64,000 bases of DNA from a virus (Duplodnaviria; Heunggongvirae; Uroviricota; Caudoviricetes): IMG/VR virus record IMGVR_UViG_3300045988_149498; one strand, written 5' to 3'. The translations under genes and the position numbers were made by a program. The notes below the pieces were generated by a model. It searched no databases. It saw only the letters and a list, made by a program, of their open reading frames with translations, and had not been told where the DNA came from. Shown one piece after another: positions 61,053 to 64,000 of this stretch (positions are counted from its first letter, which is position 1; the number at the start of each line of letters is the position of its first letter).

Positions 61053-62536
61053 TGGCCAGAAGTTGCGTAACGGATCCACGTTGGCGCGAGCTGGTGGCGC
61101 TATATCGTTATGACTGGATTGCGGCCGCTGATGTTTTGTTCGGCAAAACACCTACCTGGCAGCAGGATCTGATTATTGAGTCTGTGCAGGAACAGGGTAG
61201 CAAGACATCTGTTTCGTCTGGTCACGGTACCGGGAAATCAGACATGACTTCTATCATGATCATGTTGTTCATAATCATGTATCCCGGTGCCCGTGCCATT
61301 ATCGTTGCGAACAAAATTCAGCAGGTAATGACCGGTATATTCAAGTACATCAAGATAAACTGGGCTACTGCCACCAGCCGTTTTCCATGGCTTGCTGATT
61401 ATTTTGTTCTGACAGAAACCGCTTTCTATGAGGTTACTGGTAAAGGTGTATGGACTGTAGTACCGAAGGGCTTTCGTCTGGGAAGTGAAGAAGCTCTCGC
61501 CGGTGAACACGCAGATCATCTTCTGTATATTATCGATGAAGCCTCCGGTGTCAGTGATAGAGCTTTCGGTATCATCACCGGTGCTCTTACCGGACAGGAT
61601 AACCGCATCTTATTGCTGTCACAGCCTACACGCCCAAGCGGCTATTTCTACGATACACACCATAAACTGGCCAAGCGTCCTGGTAACCCTGATGGCGTTT
61701 ATACGGCGATCACGCTTAACAGTGAGGAATCACCGTTGGTAACGCCAGCATTTATCAAAATGAAGCTGGCGGAGTACGGCGGGCGTGATAACCCTATGTA
61801 CATGATTAAGGTACGCGGCCTATTCCCTAAATCACAGGATGGCTTCCTTCTTGGACGTGATGAGGTTGAACGTGCAACGCGGCGGAAAGTCAAGATTGCA
61901 AAAGGATGGGGCTGGCTTGCATGTGTGGACGTTGCTGGTGGTACGGGACGAGATAAGTCCGTTATCAATATCATGATGGTGTCCGGCCAGCGAAATAAAC
62001 GCCGTGTAATCAACTATCGAATGCTGGAATACACAGACGTTACAGAAACGCAGCTTGCCGCCAAAATTTTCGCAGAATGTAATCCTGAGCGATTCCCAAA
62101 TATCACCATAGCGATAGACGGTGATGGGCTGGGTAAAGCAACGGCGGATCTGATGTACGAGTATTATGGTATTACCGTACAGCGTATACGCTGGGGTAAA
62201 AAGATGCATAGCCGTGAAGATAAGAGCCTGTACTTTGATAAACGTGCTTATGCCAACGTTCAAGCCGCAGAGGCCGTAAAATCTGGTCGTATGAGACTGG
62301 ATAAGGGTAATGAAACTATTGAGGAAGCGTCGAAAATCCCTGTAGGGATTAACTCCGCAGGTCAATGGAAGGTGATGAGTAAGGAGGATATGAAGAAAAA
62401 ACTCAACCTGCACTCACCAGACCATTGGGATACATATTGTTTCGCTATGCTGGCGGATTATGTTCCCCAGGATGAAGTGCTTAGCGTCGAAGACGAAGCG
62501 CAGGTTGATGAAGCTCTGGCATGGCTTAATGAATAA
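61052..62536 (+). CDS. pacB: PacB terminase large subunit, 494 aa
   Basis: Walker A-like SGHGTGKS; coupled to pacA; size matches P1 PacB. Confidence 0.9.
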   Translation: MARSCVTDPRWRELVALYRYDWIAAADVLFGKTPTWQQDLIIESVQEQGSKTSVSSGHGTGKSDMTSIMIMLFIIMYPGARAIIVANKIQQVMTGIFKYIKINWATATSRFPWLADYFVLTETAFYEVTGKGVWTVVPKGFRLGSEEALAGEHADHLLYIIDEASGVSDRAFGIITGALTGQDNRILLLSQPTRPSGYFYDTHHKLAKRPGNPDGVYTAITLNSEESPLVTPAFIKMKLAEYGGRDNPMYMIKVRGLFPKSQDGFLLGRDEVERATRRKVKIAKGWGWLACVDVAGGTGRDKSVINIMMVSGQRNKRRVINYRMLEYTDVTETQLAAKIFAECNPERFPNITIAIDGDGLGKATADLMYEYYGITVQRIRWGKKMHSREDKSLYFDKRAYANVQAAEAVKSGRMRLDKGNETIEEASKIPVGINSAGQWKVMSKEDMKKKLNLHSPDHWDTYCFAMLADYVPQDEVLSVEDEAQVDEALAWLNE

Positions 62537-62560
62537 CTCATTGACCATGCCGGATAGAAA

Positions 62561-63412
62561 CTATTGCGCGCTTTCGGGGTTGTCGTTTACTGGCTGCCCC
62601 TTCTTAGTTTTACGGCTGCGCGTAACTGATGCGGCTGATTTGACCTTTTTCTCTTCGCGAGTGATGGCAATTTGTTTTTTTACATTTTCAATATCTGCCA
62701 GGCGATATATTTTTGCCTGCGGCCAGCGGTCGCAGATGATCGGTTCTATAGAGTCATAAAGGCTAAATTTTGCTTTCTCGAATTCACCGTTGATGATGAT
62801 TCCATCACGGAGAGTTTCATCGCAGATAAACACACCACACAGCGGCACATGGTAACTAACTGATTTACCATCATTGTAGTTAGGGCTACTGGAAATGTAA
62901 TGGACGCGCAGCATTGTTTCGCTAAAGCCGTGTACACGCATACGGAATTTTTCATCCTCCGGGTACTGCTTCATTAGCTCTTTTGTTGCTTCCAGGTTCT
63001 CTATGTATTTCGCACTGTGCTCATTGATCCCCGCGCTTTTCTGGATGCGAATGTCCTTATCAATCAGGTGAATAATGCGGCCAGCGGTCATGTTGACGCT
63101 GTTCACAGCTTCTGTCTGATAAGTTGTAACCTTACGCACACCGCGAAGGATGTTAGGCACTGGATATAAAATAGTCTTTGGGATATTGAGGTCTGGGTAC
63201 TGTTCCAGTTCTCGCGCCATTAAAGTCCATTTATCAATTTCAGCCTGAATGCTGTCCGTTTCTTTGAACGGCAGGACGACAACCGGGCGAACAGGACGAC
63301 CGTCGCTGGCGGCATCAACGTGTTGGGCGCGTGCAACAGCTTTTTTTAGAAAGAGATCCCTGAAGCTGACGAACTCCTGGTACAGTTGTTCGCCGTAGAC
63401 ATAATTTATCAT
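62561..63412 (-). CDS. c1: C1 primary immunity repressor, 283 aa
   Basis: 283-aa ORF convergent with pacB, followed upstream by coi and C1 operators; size and position match P1 C1. Confidence 0.85.
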   Translation of the reverse strand: MINYVYGEQLYQEFVSFRDLFLKKAVARAQHVDAASDGRPVRPVVVLPFKETDSIQAEIDKWTLMARELEQYPDLNIPKTILYPVPNILRGVRKVTTYQTEAVNSVNMTAGRIIHLIDKDIRIQKSAGINEHSAKYIENLEATKELMKQYPEDEKFRMRVHGFSETMLRVHYISSSPNYNDGKSVSYHVPLCGVFICDETLRDGIIINGEFEKAKFSLYDSIEPIICDRWPQAKIYRLADIENVKKQIAITREEKKVKSAASVTRSRKTKKGQPVNDNPESAQ

Positions 63413-63507
63413 TGATCCTCCTCCAGAATTGACATGGCCAACAACTCACAGCGGATTACACTGGGAGTTGTTGGCCACCATTATAGAAGGATCCAACGAA
63501 AATAATA

Positions 63508-63524
63508 GATTTATTAGTGCATTT
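63508..63524 (-). promoter_or_regulatory. Weak C1 operator-like site between coi and c1
   Basis: AGATTTATTAGTGCATT, 14 of 17 matches to the reverse-complement consensus. Confidence 0.3.
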
Positions 63525-63732
63525 ATTGTGAGTCTGGCTGGTTAGTGGCCATGAGATATTCGATTGTGTCAGTGAGATCATCCAGGTCGTCTTGGGTGAT
63601 GCGGTACTCCTGATTGGATATCTTTGAGTAGTGTTCAGCAATGGCGCGGGCAGCGTCGGTTTCGGCGGGGTCTACAGATAAAGCGTTAGAGCAATGTCTA
63701 ACGTCGTCGATGGTTGGTGGAATGAAAGCCAT
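63523..63732 (-). CDS. coi: Coi, C1 inactivator, 69 aa
   Basis: 69-aa acidic ORF immediately upstream of c1. Confidence 0.75.
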   Translation of the reverse strand: MAFIPPTIDDVRHCSNALSVDPAETDAARAIAEHYSKISNQEYRITQDDLDDLTDTIEYLMATNQPDSQ

Positions 63733-63970
63733 AATTATGCCTCACTGTATTGACAACACAGAGCCTGAAGCTCTGACCTACTGTTTCACCCATGATCCAT
63801 GCTGGGGTAATCTAACAACATTGCGCTGTGTGTAAGATGAGCAATGCATAGCTGTAATGCCGTTGTATAAGGTTTCCCTGTTTGCTCATTTCCTTCTGAG
63901 CCGCTCTACAACGCTGAAGACACATTAAATAGTGAATCCAAAGTCGTATTACGAAACGGCGGCAAAACTA

Positions 63971-63987
63971 TAATTTATTAGAGCAAT
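63971..63987 (-). promoter_or_regulatory. C1 operator (Op99-like) upstream of coi-c1
   Basis: TAATTTATTAGAGCAAT; reverse complement has 16 of 17 matches to consensus. Confidence 0.6.
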
Positions 63988-64000
63988 TGTCAAACAACTA

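Noticed and set aside
63641-63835. 64-aa plus-strand ORF near the window end
   Set aside because: It overlaps coi on the opposite strand and the operator-rich c1/coi control region; no ribosome-binding site.

Overview
The whole 64 kb window lies inside a P1-like temperate phage that is maintained as a low-copy plasmid prophage. Gene content and order follow the bacteriophage P1 map from the tail-fibre S gene (truncated at the window start) to c1/coi. P1 gene names are assigned from memory of the P1 map and from motifs read in the translations; no database search was run, so names for poorly characterised genes are tentative. Coordinates of CDSs follow the supplied ORF track, some with refined starts; coordinates of RNAs, operators and repeats were counted by hand and may be off by 1-2 nt. 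Recognised landmarks: tail fibre and baseplate genes with Sit (1-7933), the immI region c4/icd/ant, kilA-repL, sheath and major head genes, parS-parB-parA, incA iterons-repA-oriR, hrdC (RdgC homologue), the fused Dcm/Dam methyltransferase dmt, three tRNA genes, ban helicase, a second baseplate block, ppp phosphatase, a LexA box with humD, phd-doc, lpa, pacA with its pac site, pacB, c1 and coi. About 11 matches to the 17-bp C1 operator consensus are scattered through the window. The most interesting parts are three low-GC blocks at positions where, as I recall the P1 map, gene content is variable. (1) 10254-12538: a three-gene operon of two secreted proteins and a membrane/SH3-like protein, the last secreted protein ending in a peptide motif shared with Sit; this is a candidate superinfection-exclusion module. 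(2) 16430-18320: a hok/mok/sok-like type I toxin-antitoxin beside a tandem MazG-like protein with zinc ribbons. (3) 54880-55720: an AT-rich cassette of small membrane proteins. Also notable are a repeat-rich non-coding region in the tRNA operon and a cluster of glycosyltransferase-like and phosphatase genes.
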